Shown here in pieces: positions 1-11,730 of a stretch of DNA of 46,993 nt. Source of the stretch: Coniocarpon cinnabarinum (taxonomy: Eukaryota); assembly GCA_051942205.1 (NCBI GenBank), contig JAVECO010000021.1:124001-170993 (forward strand), written 5' to 3'. The translations under genes were made by a program, and so were the position numbers. Each line of letters starts with the position of its first letter. Positions within the stretch are counted from its first letter, which is position 1. Below the pieces are notes generated by a model. The model saw only the letters and a list, made by a program, of their open reading frames with translations. It was not told the origin of the DNA and did not search any database.

Positions 1-1428
1 GACGATGTCCACTGTCAAACTCGGGTCAAGGAAGTACTTCCTCAAGTGACAGCAACAGGCAATCAAATCGTATTTTTCGACCAGCGTAAGCGCTCGGAAA
101 TTGCCGCCTTAGAGCCTCGAAGACCAGAGGATTCCTACAGGAAGAACGCCAAACCAGGAGCGATTTCGTGCCTGATATTTACTTCAGGAACAACAGGGTT
201 CCCAAAAGCCTGTGCGTTTGAGATGGAACGCTTGCATCGGTCGAATGTTGCACGTGGAGACATCGTGTGGTCATCGCCGTATGGGTTCCAATCAAGATGG
301 CACAACTGTATGCCAATGTATCATGGGACTGGAGGCATAGCCGCCTGTGGAGTGCTAGCAAGTGGTGCAACGCTCTGCATTGGCCAACGCTTTAGGGTGT
401 CGACATTCTGGGATGAGATTCGCGCATCTCGAGCTACTGGATTCATTTACGTCGGCGAGATTGCCAGATATCTGCTGGCACAGCCCGAAAGTCCCCGTGA
501 CAAAGACCATAGTCTTATGATAATTTACGGAAACGGGATGCGACCTGATGTTTGGAAATCTTTTCGTGACCGGTTTGGTATTGACACCGTTGGTGAATTC
601 TTCTCCAGCACAGAAGGTGTGTTCCATCTCTTGAATCTGTGTCGTGGAGACTTTAGTGCAACAGCTGTGGGACACCATGGCGCCATCCTTAGGTATTTGA
701 CTCGCAACATGTACACTGCAGCTATGACGGATCCAGACAATTCGAAAGAGCTATCGCGCAACCGGGAGGGTCGGTGCGTCAAGCTACCGTTAGACACTGG
801 TGGCGAGATTCTTGTTGCTGTAGCAGGGAAGGGCCTTGAAAGTGGTTTTGCCGGTTATATGAAGAACTCAAAGGCAACTGATGATCGATTCGCGACACGT
901 GTCTTCAGAGATAGTGACCTTTATTACCGGAGCGGAGATGCACTGAGACGGGACGCAGACGGCCGTTGGTTCTTCTTAGATCGATTAGGTGATACCTTTC
1001 GGTGGAAGAGTGAGAACGTTTCCACAGCGGAAGTTAGCGTAGCCATTGGTGAGTTTCCTGGAATACAGGAAGCCAACGTGTATGGCGTCCTGGTCCCCGG
1101 TCACGATGGCAGGGCAGGATGTGCCGCGCTCTTTATTGACGGTGGTCCAAAAAGCGTCGACAACTTTGATTGGGCAGGGCTAGCCAAGCACTCAAGGTCG
1201 AAGCTGCCGCGATATGCTGTGCCACTGTTCATCCGAGTACTGGAGGGAGAGATCCAAGGTACACATAACCATAAGCAAAACAAAGTACCTTTGAGAGCGC
1301 AAGGTATCGATCTTGACAAGGTAAATGGCACAGATCGAATGTTGTGGTTGCCTCCAGACAGTGATCGATATGTTGAGTTCAAAAAGACCGACTGGGGCAG
1401 GCTTGACTCTCGGCAGGCGAGATTGTAA
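1..1428 (+). CDS. Very-long-chain acyl-CoA synthetase / fatty acid transport protein (FATP, Fat1/CefD1-like), 5'-truncated by the window
   Basis: Frame is open from base 1. AMP-binding motif IFTSGTTGFPK, FATP signature DRLGDTFRWKSENVSTAEV, YGV.VPGHDGRAGCA. Ends in ARL*, a PTS1-like tripeptide. Confidence 0.93.
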   Translation, partial: DDVHCQTRVKEVLPQVTATGNQIVFFDQRKRSEIAALEPRRPEDSYRKNAKPGAISCLIFTSGTTGFPKACAFEMERLHRSNVARGDIVWSSPYGFQSRWHNCMPMYHGTGGIAACGVLASGATLCIGQRFRVSTFWDEIRASRATGFIYVGEIARYLLAQPESPRDKDHSLMIIYGNGMRPDVWKSFRDRFGIDTVGEFFSSTEGVFHLLNLCRGDFSATAVGHHGAILRYLTRNMYTAAMTDPDNSKELSRNREGRCVKLPLDTGGEILVAVAGKGLESGFAGYMKNSKATDDRFATRVFRDSDLYYRSGDALRRDADGRWFFLDRLGDTFRWKSENVSTAEVSVAIGEFPGIQEANVYGVLVPGHDGRAGCAALFIDGGPKSVDNFDWAGLAKHSRSKLPRYAVPLFIRVLEGEIQGTHNHKQNKVPLRAQGIDLDKVNGTDRMLWLPPDSDRYVEFKKTDWGRLDSRQARL

Positions 1429-1534
1429 GCCATTTGTCGCATGTGGATGTGGTCGAGTAGCGCGGGTCTTTGCGTTCGTGGGTGGCAGTGCGTTGACCTG
1501 GAGTCCTGGTCATGCTCAAGCCACACTGCAGATA

Positions 1535-3112
1535 TTATAAGAACGCCATCTCACGAACAAGGCCGGCTTGAGTCCAGCCACGCGCAAAATTCCTGCCTGA
1601 GAAGAGCAGCACAGACATCCACCAAACTCTCCCGACCCATGCATCATACCACATGGTCTCTATCCCCTTTTTTGATCTTTGCCATTCAATGTAACGTCGG
1701 ACGCCACCCTCCAACACGACCGCCACGCCGTTTAGGATGAAAAACACTGCTTCGCCCTTGGCGTCTTGCCATCGACCGCCGAGCACGCAGCGAACGGAGA
1801 AGCTGTGTACGAGTGCACTGGAAGCAAAACCGCCGAGGACCTTTCCAAGGTCAGCGGGCTGTTCTGGGGCTTTTCGCAAGACCTTGCGCTCCAACCATTC
1901 ACCTGGCCACACGCCCCACACAAGGAACAGCCGGGCAAAAAGACGGTGCCAGCCGTGAGACCAGAACCCGCGGACAGATGTAATGTCCCACACGCGCGTG
2001 GTGTACAGCGCGGGAAAGAATGCAAGTGGCGACGGAGTTAATGGGCTTAGCAAAATGGCGAAAAGCGAATGTGCCAATGAAAAGGCTGCCATCAGAAAGC
2101 TTCCAAGAGCGCCAGTAAGGACCAGCTGCTGTATAACCGACAGTCTTTCGTCAAATGATGACATGCCAGGCAAGACAGCTTCATCGGCATTCTGTGGCGC
2201 AAGATAGGTGACAAAAGTGTACCTAATAATAGCCCAGCAAGCTATAAGGATGGGTCCGACGTGGGCGAAGATACTGTGAAGCCGGTTTGCAACAGTCGGC
2301 AGCCAAGTCTTGCGTGTGTGTCGTACATCAGCCGTCGTCCAAGAAAAACCGACACCTCGCATAGACAATTCAAGTTCAAGTGCCCATGAAGCTCTGTCCA
2401 TGAAACTACGGGGCCATCCGTGCTCGGTTGTCACAGTTTCAGTCACTGGCATCGGCTCGGGACCGATCATCAGTCGCTGCATCAGTTCTCCATAAGACTC
2501 GTCATTCATGTTTTCCAACATGTCTGACTGAGACCTAGTCTTTGCTAACTTGGGCCGCATCGGCGGGCTCACCACGTGGTTTCCAGGAGCGCAGCTCGGG
2601 CTATCAGTTGCTGATGAGGCCACTGGATAGAGCGTGGCTGAAGATGTAAGCGGATGCTTGAGAATGGCAGGATCAGCGCCATCGGCTTCCACTGGTGTCT
2701 TTTCGCGCGGGCGATGATAGTACCGCACCCGACGAGGAACATGATGGAAGACGTAGAGGCTGATGAAGAAGGCGTCAATAACTCTACATCCCCCATAGAC
2801 GCCCACGAGACCCAGCTGGTAGTTCAGCCCAATGCTAAAAGGCACATGATATGCAAGAGGCAGACGGAAGAAGAGGAAGGCTGCCAGCAGGGCAAGCACA
2901 TTCCGGAGAGCTCGGACGGCAGTGCTCTCGACTGTCTGAGGAGGAGGCGGCGCCAAGAGTAGCAATGCGAGATAGTAGATCAAAGGCGGGCATAACGCTG
3001 CCTCTAATGTCATCGGCCTGGAGCCTGGGATTGGCTGAAGACCCGGTCGAGGCTCATTTGTGGCTGCGGACGAGAGCAAATGGAGGATGAAGTCTGGAAC
3101 GTATGCAGACAT
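1535..3112 (-). CDS. MBOAT_2 / wax-synthase-type membrane O-acyltransferase
   Basis: Multi-TM ORF with MRGVGFSW, SVRGFWSHGWHRLF and SSALVH motifs typical of the wax-synthase MBOAT family. First ATG at 3112 (MSAYVPDF); the ORF-track start at 3163 is TTG. Confidence 0.82.
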   Translation of the reverse strand: MSAYVPDFILHLLSSAATNEPRPGLQPIPGSRPMTLEAALCPPLIYYLALLLLAPPPPQTVESTAVRALRNVLALLAAFLFFRLPLAYHVPFSIGLNYQLGLVGVYGGCRVIDAFFISLYVFHHVPRRVRYYHRPREKTPVEADGADPAILKHPLTSSATLYPVASSATDSPSCAPGNHVVSPPMRPKLAKTRSQSDMLENMNDESYGELMQRLMIGPEPMPVTETVTTEHGWPRSFMDRASWALELELSMRGVGFSWTTADVRHTRKTWLPTVANRLHSIFAHVGPILIACWAIIRYTFVTYLAPQNADEAVLPGMSSFDERLSVIQQLVLTGALGSFLMAAFSLAHSLFAILLSPLTPSPLAFFPALYTTRVWDITSVRGFWSHGWHRLFARLFLVWGVWPGEWLERKVLRKAPEQPADLGKVLGGFASSALVHSFSVRCVLGGRWQDAKGEAVFFILNGVAVVLEGGVRRYIEWQRSKKGIETMWYDAWVGRVWWMSVLLFSGRNFARGWTQAGLVREMAFL

Positions 3113-3281
3113 TTTCTCCGGGCCATCAAATTGTCCAGGAGCGTGTTTGGACAAATGATCCAAGGCTGAGCATTGTCAAAAAGGATCGGAGCGAACATTG
3201 CGCTAGAGGGTTCACATGTCATGACGAGATGGAGCTGCTTGAATCTTGAGTCTAATCGCGTGCTAGCGAGAGATCTTCCTA

Positions 3282-3321
3282 GTCACGTGCGAGCCATAGT
3301 GAGATGTCAGCCGGTCACGTG
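3282..3321. promoter_or_regulatory. Two GTCACGTG E-boxes (bHLH, Cbf1-type) upstream of the MBOAT gene
   Basis: GTCACGTG at 3282-3289 and 3314-3321, about 170-210 bp upstream of ATG 3112. Function inferred from motif only. Confidence 0.35.
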
Positions 3322-3676
3322 CCTTCTCGTGGCAAATTCATCGCATGTATGTTTCACCTTAGATTCGGCTTGATGATATCCAAATCATAACGTTTTTCTC
3401 AAATCCAAGAGTATTAACGTAGACTTGGACATGGGTAATGTTACTTGTAAGGATTCTAACGTTGGGAGCCCCGATTACGGGGAGCAAACGTGTAGTCTCT
3501 GTTACGCAGTGTGAGGGGCCGTTGGTTTTCCAAGCGGTACCATTACTTCCTTGCTCTACGAGTACATGAGTATGTTCTTTGACCTCTCATTATAGCGACG
3601 TACTCTCTACATCCAATTCACCATGTGGACAAGACGTGTTCATCAAAGCCTTCAAGTCTTCACGCAGAGGTATCAT

Positions 3677-4954
3677 TTATTCCAATTCACCCACTGCCTT
3701 GGTGTCGGGCTTCTGTGCGTTGGTCACCGCATTCTGCTTGCTCAGATTGTACTGCTCATCCCACTTTTCGTTTGCCAAGGGGAACAAGTGCCAAGCCCGC
3801 ATCCGCTCTTCCTCAATCGCGTTGAGCTGCATGCGTGCGTACAACTCCCGGTTGCTGTCGACCCCTGGTTGACGAGAGAGTGTCAGCTGAAGGCTTGAGC
3901 CGCCAATAGAGCTTGTGTCTTCGCCGACGCCGTAATACGCGCAGATTGAGAAGAAGATGTAAATGCTTGCAACAACCAACTGATAGAAGGGTGAAGCCAT
4001 GCCCAGGAGTAGACCTTGTATGATGACGAGGCCCCAGGCCAGAATTCGATAGATGACAACGACGCTGCGGTTGTTGAAGGGGATAATCTCAGGCTGATGT
4101 TGCATTGAAAGAACAAATAACATCCCCCGAGTCGTTTCAAGACGTACCAATCGCCCAGTCGGGTACTGGATTAGCGCCTTGACTGGGTCGTTGTGATGTA
4201 GAGAATGGCCGGCAGACTTCTTGACGGCCACTGGTCCGCAATGCGAAGCGTGCTCCAGGAAATCTCCGAGAGCGGCGACCGCCATACAGGGAATAGCCGA
4301 AATGAGGCACATGACGCCAGCGTGAGCCATCTCCACTTTGCTGCTATCGAGGCTCGCAAGTAGAAAGAGACAGAGAACAATCGAAAGCGTCAATAACAAA
4401 GACTTTCCATACTTCCGCAAATTGAAGCGAGTCTGCGTCGTTGTAGTGAGAGTAGTAGATGCCCAAGAAAGCTGCAAGTTTGGGTTTGAGAGCCACCTGG
4501 TGAACCAGCCGGCAAGAGCCTTTGTCTGCGCACCGTCGGTCAGGTTGTACAGTACGAAGCCAGGCTGTGGTGTTGTAAATTGCCGCGTCAGAATCACTTG
4601 GGGCGCCGCGAGCGGAACTACGTTGAGAAAGGGGCTATCAGTCATACGACCAAGCGCGGCGTCAAGAAGACTCGAAGTGATTGTGGCCAGGAGAGGAGCC
4701 AGGAGGGGGACCTGCGCAACTCGAAGGACCTCTCGGGCAGTTGCAATGGCGATTGGGTGAGAAAGAATGTTGTGTGATGCCAGGTAGGGCGTAGCATTAC
4801 TGAATTTCTCAGCAGCTTCCATTGTTTCTTCTGCAAGCGCCGTCGAAGTAGCCAATCCTGAAGCTACAGTGCTTGAAAATATTGCATGGTCTAAACCAGG
4901 ACAAGGACAGCTGAGTCCAAGAAGATGGCCAATGCTGTTGTATTTGGATGTCAT
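3677..4954 (-). CDS. Uncharacterised fungal multi-pass membrane protein
   Basis: 425-aa uninterrupted ATG-initiated ORF with about 4 hydrophobic segments and a conserved-looking C-terminus (YARMQLNAIEEERMRAWHLFP). Confidence 0.72.
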   Translation of the reverse strand: MTSKYNSIGHLLGLSCPCPGLDHAIFSSTVASGLATSTALAEETMEAAEKFSNATPYLASHNILSHPIAIATAREVLRVAQVPLLAPLLATITSSLLDAALGRMTDSPFLNVVPLAAPQVILTRQFTTPQPGFVLYNLTDGAQTKALAGWFTRWLSNPNLQLSWASTTLTTTTQTRFNLRKYGKSLLLTLSIVLCLFLLASLDSSKVEMAHAGVMCLISAIPCMAVAALGDFLEHASHCGPVAVKKSAGHSLHHNDPVKALIQYPTGRLVRLETTRGMLFVLSMQHQPEIIPFNNRSVVVIYRILAWGLVIIQGLLLGMASPFYQLVVASIYIFFSICAYYGVGEDTSSIGGSSLQLTLSRQPGVDSNRELYARMQLNAIEEERMRAWHLFPLANEKWDEQYNLSKQNAVTNAQKPDTKAVGELE

Positions 4955-5201
4955 GGAGTTGTGACGAATACTATGCGAGACTTTTAGGAGATTTGTCGAT
5001 CATCAAATTTGTCAACACCGGATGTTAATGGAAAGAAACTATTAGGAATTTGCCAGAAATTCTTTGATGCATATGGCAAGCCGAGGTGCCAGGCGGCAAT
5101 CGCGACAAGTGACGGAATAGGAACAAAGAAAGGCGTCTGGTGCTATGCTGCCTCTCATGCGCATCGATGCGCGTCGAATTGTAGCATATATGTTCAAGCT
5201 C

Positions 5202-6208
5202 TTATCCTCCTAAAATCTCTGGCTCGGGACTTGACACGCTCCTATAGTCTCCCGTTAGACTAAAACCAGGAGCTCCTGTACTACTCAAAACAACTTCGTG
5301 AATTTCCTTGAGCATGCGATCCGAAATCAAAGCGCAATCTCTTTTTACGTTTTCCATGAGTGCTCGAATGTTTCTCTGCATCATTTCTGGGCCAAATCCC
5401 AAATGGCCAACGGCAATCCTCACAACGCCAGATCTCTCCCTATATTCCGAGCCTCCTGCCACATCACGACAAGCCGAGCCTACGTCTTTCACAACAGTGC
5501 CTGTTTTCGCGCTTGGCATAAGACCCCGTGGCCCGAGTATTCTGCCCAATCCCGCCTTACTCAGTGCAGCGATCGAGTCTTGATGGGCAATGCATCGGTC
5601 GAACTCAATCTGTCCAGCCTTGATCTTCGAAAAGACCTGCTCTTCGCCCACAAGGACTGCCCCCGCATCCTCAGCTGCCTTCGAATGTTTGCTGTCTGGA
5701 GGACAGATGACGCATATCCTTGTCGAAGTGTCAACAGGGTGTGGCAGGCGTAACCGATTTCGTACAACAGGGCCGTTTTTCAGAGTGCGGAAGCGAATAG
5801 CAAGCTCATATTTGGGCGTTGTGGGAGTACGGCCGACTTCAAAGGCGCGAATGTATCTGAGGTAGCATCAGCCAATGCATGATGGCGAACATCATCAAGC
5901 ACGGTATCGGCCTTCGTGACCTCGAGTTGGATTATGAAAACCTACCGCATGGCATCACAAAGCGAAAACTGCTCGGCAAGCTTAAGATTGGGAAGCCTGA
6001 ACGCCGTATTTCCCTTGCGCTTCTTGCGGGTACTCTTGACATCAGCTCGTTTGTATTTCGCGGCATTGGCACTGTTCGTCGCATAGCGCTGTTGTACTTG
6101 TGCCACTGGTAGAAGTGGTCCAAAGGATCGACGTGTAGGGAGGTGGCCACATGCCGGACAGCGAAGAGGAAATTCAAGGCGAGCTATGGGCCATAACGAC
6201 TTGCGCAT
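5202..6208 (-). CDS. MRPL1: Mitochondrial large-subunit ribosomal protein L1 (uL1m), 2 exons
   Basis: Exon 1 is 6208-5946, intron 5945-5857 (GTAGG..CTGAT..CAG), exon 2 is 5856-5202. Splicing gives [41 protein letters not shown]. Arg-rich N-terminus fits a mitochondrial presequence. Confidence 0.93.
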
Positions 6209-6496
6209 AATGTTCCGCTGGGAGACAAAGTACTGAAAAGGAACAGAAGCGAGCACAATTCATTCAAGTGGCAGATTCACGTTTGCGCAGGTCCACGAAG
6301 GGTTAATAACCCTAGTATGCTGGCTGCTGCAAAAGAGCATTAACAAGGCTTTCGAGATCATCCTCTCATTTCCACTGTAATAAAATATTTCATGTGAAAA
6401 TCAGGTCGGTGTGAAGAATCTCTCAGTCTCGCACTACCATGTCCGAAGATTCTGTAGGCATGTCCATATTTACACAACACGGCCCGACAATCTTGT

Positions 6497-9400
6497 TCAC
6501 TTAAGGTCAAGCAACCGCAGCGCCTCTTCATCACCCCAGTCTTCCGCCCACCATTGCACACTCCTTCCGTCGCGATCAATTCCCTCAGTGTCTGCACCAT
6601 GCGTGAGAAGGACTTGGAGGTGACCGAATTTCCTATCCTTCATTGCAAGCGCAAGAGCACTGTGGTTGTACCAATTTCTGTGATTAATATGCTCCAATTT
6701 GACGCGTGGATGATGTAGTATCTCGTCCAGAATCACGGGTGGGGTGTCTAATTGCACACACCTCAAGATTGGTGAGTCGCAAAATCTATGGTTGCAGATT
6801 GAGACATCAGCGCCAGCGTCCAAGAGAATCTTAGCACCCTCATAGCATCTGTCTACGATTGCTCTGAAGAGTGCGGTTTCTCCATCGACGTTCCGAGCGT
6901 CTATGAAGTCAGCGAGCTTTGATCCACCTTCGTCTAGAAACATTTTGATTGCTTCTGGGTTCCGGCGGCAAGCAGCTTCGTGAAGTGGCTGGCAAAACAT
7001 TAGCTTGCCCAACCCCTTCCACAAGCGTTCGATCTTGATTTTGGCCTACCGTATCACTTCGACTATTGGGAATCGTATAATCTGCGCCATTGTCAAGTAG
7101 CAGGCGTATCTGATTCGTTTGACCATTCCTGACTGCAAGCAATCTATTAGTCATGTCTACACGGACGAGACTCAAAATGCATACCTGCTAGCCAGAGGGC
7201 AGTATCCCCCCATGTGTTTCGAGCATTGAGACAATCTCCATGCCTAGCCTTGATAGAGGTTAGCGAGACCTGGCTCACAAGAAAGGGTCAGGAAGAGAAG
7301 ATGTGCCAACCTCAGGATATGATAGAAGCAGTCGTTGGAGGTGATAGTGTCGCCGAGAGGCTGCAAGATGAAGTGGTGTTTCGCTCGCAGTAGATTCTGT
7401 CACAAAAACCGTAGCACCAGAGCGCAAGAGAAGGTCTGCGACTTCCAAGCTGCCCCATTCACATGCCAGGTGTAGTGTTGTCTTGCCTTGCTTTTGCCTT
7501 GATTCTTTGTCAACGCCCAGCTTGAGAAGCAACTCAGCTACTGGAACAACGTTTCCGACACCGGCCTGATTGAGAGCCGAATCACGCTAATACAGGGACG
7601 TCAGCTCTGATGTCTTGAAAATGTGGCCGGGTTAAGAGAACCGCACCCAATCACGATTCTGCTGCTCCAATACCTGCAAGCCGCGGACATCATAGAAAGC
7701 TTGCATGATGCGCTCGTGCCCCATTCTTACAGCACGATGCAGAGCTGGACGATTCCCGTTGTCTTGTATCGCAACATCGGCTTGGTTCTGAAGTAAAACA
7801 CGCACTGTTGCTTCCTGACCTATTTCCGCAGCACAATGCAAGGCTGTTCTACCCTGGTCATCTCGGATATTCAGGAGATCTATTGAATGGTCCAGGAGAG
7901 CTTGAACAATCTCACTCCGGCCAGTCGTTGCGGCAAGATGGAGATAAGTTAGAGAGTGCCGTGTTCGAAATAATGGATCTGCTCCCTTTTCCAGCAATAA
8001 CCTCACCATACCCAGATGACCTCGAAAGACGGCAGCTGTAAGGGGCCGCTGAGAATGATTGTGGTATGTTGCGTCGACATTCAAATGATGTTCAAGTAAA
8101 AGCGCTTGCGTGATTTTACGCAAACCAAAGAAAGCCGTCAAGTGGAGACAAGCTGGATGATATCGACGTGCATTGGGCGATGGTTTGCACGCTTCTGTTG
8201 CAGCTTCTTGAAAATTTACAAACGTGGGGAAGCTGAGATACTCAAGTGCTTTGTTCGACACTGCTTGCCATGCAGACATTCTAAAAATTAAGGTCAACTT
8301 TGAAGTTTGGTGATTGGCTAAGATCGTCAAGGCACTTACGAAGCCCACAACGTGTTCACAGGTCTTAGGAAAAGGTCAAATACTTTCGATTCAGTCGCAG
8401 ACTCGCCCGAATCGCTCACATGGATTCCCCAGTACTCCGCAGCATAGGTCACGAACGACATTTCTTGGGAAACCTGGCTTGGTTCTTCATCGGCGTGACT
8501 AAATTTGGCGCATGTAAGATAGCTGAGGCAGATTCGAGCCATTTCTGTCGATGCTGTGGGAAAATGCTCGTGCACTTTTTCATAGTCGTTACTGGAGAAG
8601 TAGTCATGCAGACTGCGATGTGTCTCCACTGTGCCCATCTCGCTATTTAAGTCGACTAGAGCTTCGCAAGCACCTAGTATGGTCTCATCATCGGGAATTG
8701 CATAGCGATCAAACTCGCCTCCAAGCCGTTGAGAATACATAGCGAGAGCATGCTTAAGCTCGCTGATCCGAAGTTGGCGCTTGCTGCAGACAGTCCACAT
8801 GAGGGCACGCATACCCAAAGCTCGATCAGGCTCATCTTGTTGTTTGATACGTGCAATAGCCCTATCCGCGTTCTGCCCTAGGTCTGAAGACATGTCGTCC
8901 AGATAAGCATCAACGTCGGCACGACTGCTTCCCTTCGTGATTCTTGTCATATGGCGTACTGCGTTCAGAAATTGGCCACCACTCCTGTTGGCAACTTTGA
9001 TAGCGATCAATCGCAGGTCCCCCTCACTGAACTGTGAGAACAGTTGTCCCCGACTTCGTTGCTTTGAACGCATGCGGACGAGAGCATATTGCACAATGTT
9101 TTCGTGCTTTGCAGAAATATTCAAGCGCATTGCAACAGCAAACTCACTATGAATCAACATTAGGAGCTGCCCGCTGTGGCACAGATTCCACGTCATAAAC
9201 ATACCTGGGTTCGCTGAAATATGCCGAAATTTTCCTCTGCGAAAAGATCACAAGCTTGAAAGACGGTACCTTGATGACAAGGTCTTCCATACGATTGACT
9301 AGATCGTCAAGCTGATCTCTATCGTCTTTCCACATTTCGTCGAGTGCATCTTGAGACCCATCAGTATACGTTGTTAAAGCAAGATGAAATTCAATGACGA

Positions 9401-10744
9401 AGATGACGAAGTATGATATCAGCAGTGTTCGTGTGAAGCTCCGACCAGATACACCAAAATTGGGTAGGGCTTCTCATGCAGAACTTTCAACTCACCTAAG
9501 ATGCAATAAGTAGTCCAAAATTCTGTGAGTAGGATTTCCAAAACGCGGATGATCGGCAGTTCCTGAAGAAGGTGGCGGATGAAATAGACATAGTCTTGCG
9601 TATCGAGTAGATGAGAACGTCTCTGCTCGACGATATTGTTTGCAGGTGACCCGTCATCGCACGCCTCATCAAGGAGGCCGCGCTCCTGATCTCTCATCAT
9701 CTTGGAGTTCGCATATTCATTGTTCAGCGTCTCGAGTACGGCGTCAAAGCTTGAATCATCTTTTGTCACCAGCTGCTCGAGCAATTGCCGAGCAAGACAC
9801 CTTAGAATGGTATCAGCCTCACGGAACTTGGCCCCAAGGAGACCACAAAAGAAAGATACTACAGCTGTGTCTCCGCGCCTCTTGATGTTGATGTTGTCTG
9901 CTACTACTGCAGCTATGGTCGACTTGCCAGTTCCTGAGTCTCCTGAAGCCCAGAGGACTCGTTCGCCAACGCTCTTCCCGACATTGTTCCCATTTCCTGC
10001 CCAGGATCTCATTTCTCTAGCTTCAAGAATCCATCTAGGTCGACTGTCTCTCGCTGGCTCAACATTGGATCTCACCCTGGCCAATACATCTATCGTGGAA
10101 AGCTCACTACAAGCTTCTCTGAAAGCACTGCTTTCAAGCAAATCCTTGGCTCGGGAAGTGTGAGCCTCTAGACGGATTAGTGCAGTGGCCTGCCATCCCG
10201 TGTTAGCAAAAGGCTACTCAAAACGCTTGTCCTGTCAAAGGGTCTACACGACGCTTTGCACAAAATGCATCAATCGACTCACAGTTGCAGCATCAGATGA
10301 GGACATCATGTCCATCAAGATCGTCTGCTGGCTTGCCATGAGCAGGTTTTGATAGTCATGAAGACGTCGCAACATAGCATCAGTCTTGTCTTTTTTAAAT
10401 GACCATTTCCAGCGTTGTGTCTTGCGGTCGACTTTATCCATGAATTTGTTTGTATGATCCTTTTGAACTGGTTGGAGACCTTTCTGGAAATCGAGCAGCA
10501 ACTCGTGATATTTCTTTCCAACACCACCCTCTTCAAACAGGTCTTTCACTTCTTGCCGGCATGCGGTGCCTTCGGGAGCCTTTTCGCCAACACATCTTAA
10601 TGACTGTACAATCCCACCAGCATACGAGGCAAGCTCAGAAAAGCCTGCGATCTCCGTAAGAGCGTTCTTAGTATCGTTGGCGTACTGAACCAATTTGATA
10701 GTTATATCGACAACTTCTATGGCGAGGCTGAAGGCGTCTGCCAT
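6497..10744 (-). CDS. NLR-like STAND protein: HeLo-like/fungal STAND N-terminal helical domain + NACHT + about 13 ankyrin repeats; 9 exons, apparently intact
   Basis: ATG 10744 (MADAFSLAIEVVDITIKLVQY..RWKWSFKK). Walker A LWASGDSGTGKST. Walker B YCIL|DALDEMW is formed across an intron. FVTYAAEYWGIH precedes ankyrins (GRTALHCAA, GKTTLHLAC, ETPLHLAA). GT-AG introns at 10282-10190, 9495-9350, 9204-9147, 8339-8281, 7646-7587, 7310-7249, 7184-7133 and 7049-6989 all keep the frame. Confidence 0.88.
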
Positions 10745-11730
10745 GACTGCAGATACAGAGGGAATAGAAAAGCAAAGCAAAGCAAAGGAATAGGGGTTTG
10801 TCAAGAATCAAGCGTAATCATTGCACGTCCACCTCTTCCAGGGCGACAGTAGATGTTCTAAGAGGCCGATGTATTCAAAAAGCTTACCAATGGTTACAGT
10901 GGCTGTACAAAAACTTTGAAAGGCGCAGCGTATGATATTGGGCCCGCTCCGGGGCTATACTTGCTCCAATATCGCCGCGGACTCAAGATCGAAGTTGCCA
11001 CCGCATCAAAGTGGCGAATGCATCGCGCAAAGGGAGGCGGAACTCTACAAGGGGTCATCAGCATACAAATATGCGGCAGCACATCAACTTGGGGGCCGAA
11101 ACGGCTCAGGACGGAGAGGCGATGCAGGCACGGCACAGCGGACCGCTGCGTACGCTGCTGATCAACTCCCGCACCGCAAATGGGAAATCGTACACAACGA
11201 TTTGTTGGGTGGTCAACCGAGGACTCCAAGCGTCAGTCCAGCGTGTATCCGCTTGATAAGATCAGAGCCTGGTTGAAGGTATCACGATATGCGTAGCACC
11301 AACAATGGCGCGCAAGGGGCCACCGGCGATTGCCCGGACACTGACATGGCGAACACTTCTCTGATGCTCGAGGTATGGAGCGTCTGTAGGTAGCTTGACC
11401 GTGCAGACAGACATAGAAAGCAGGATGGATAGATGGTGTGGAGTAAATAGGTACACCTTGGGCATTACCCTGCGTCCACGTGATTCTGTCTCCAGCTTCC
11501 TGATGCAGTAACTCTTCGCCTGATACGATCTCAGACAGCACAGTAACGCTAGAAAGCATAGGAAGTTTAGGTACCCTCCCTCAAATCTTGCTCCTTATCG
11601 ACAACAAGGTTAATCTACCGTCGCAGGCCTTTTGATAACATCCTCGGATCTTTCTCTTCTCATCAAAAAGCAGCTTGCTCAAGACTACATGGATCGCGTT
11701 TCCGGTGCGCAGTTCTAAAGCATTTCCGCA

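Noticed and set aside
10894..11559. Overlapping 67-114 aa ORFs between the NLR and PRP9
   Set aside because: Mostly non-ATG starts, no recognisable motif; more likely divergent promoter or intergenic DNA.
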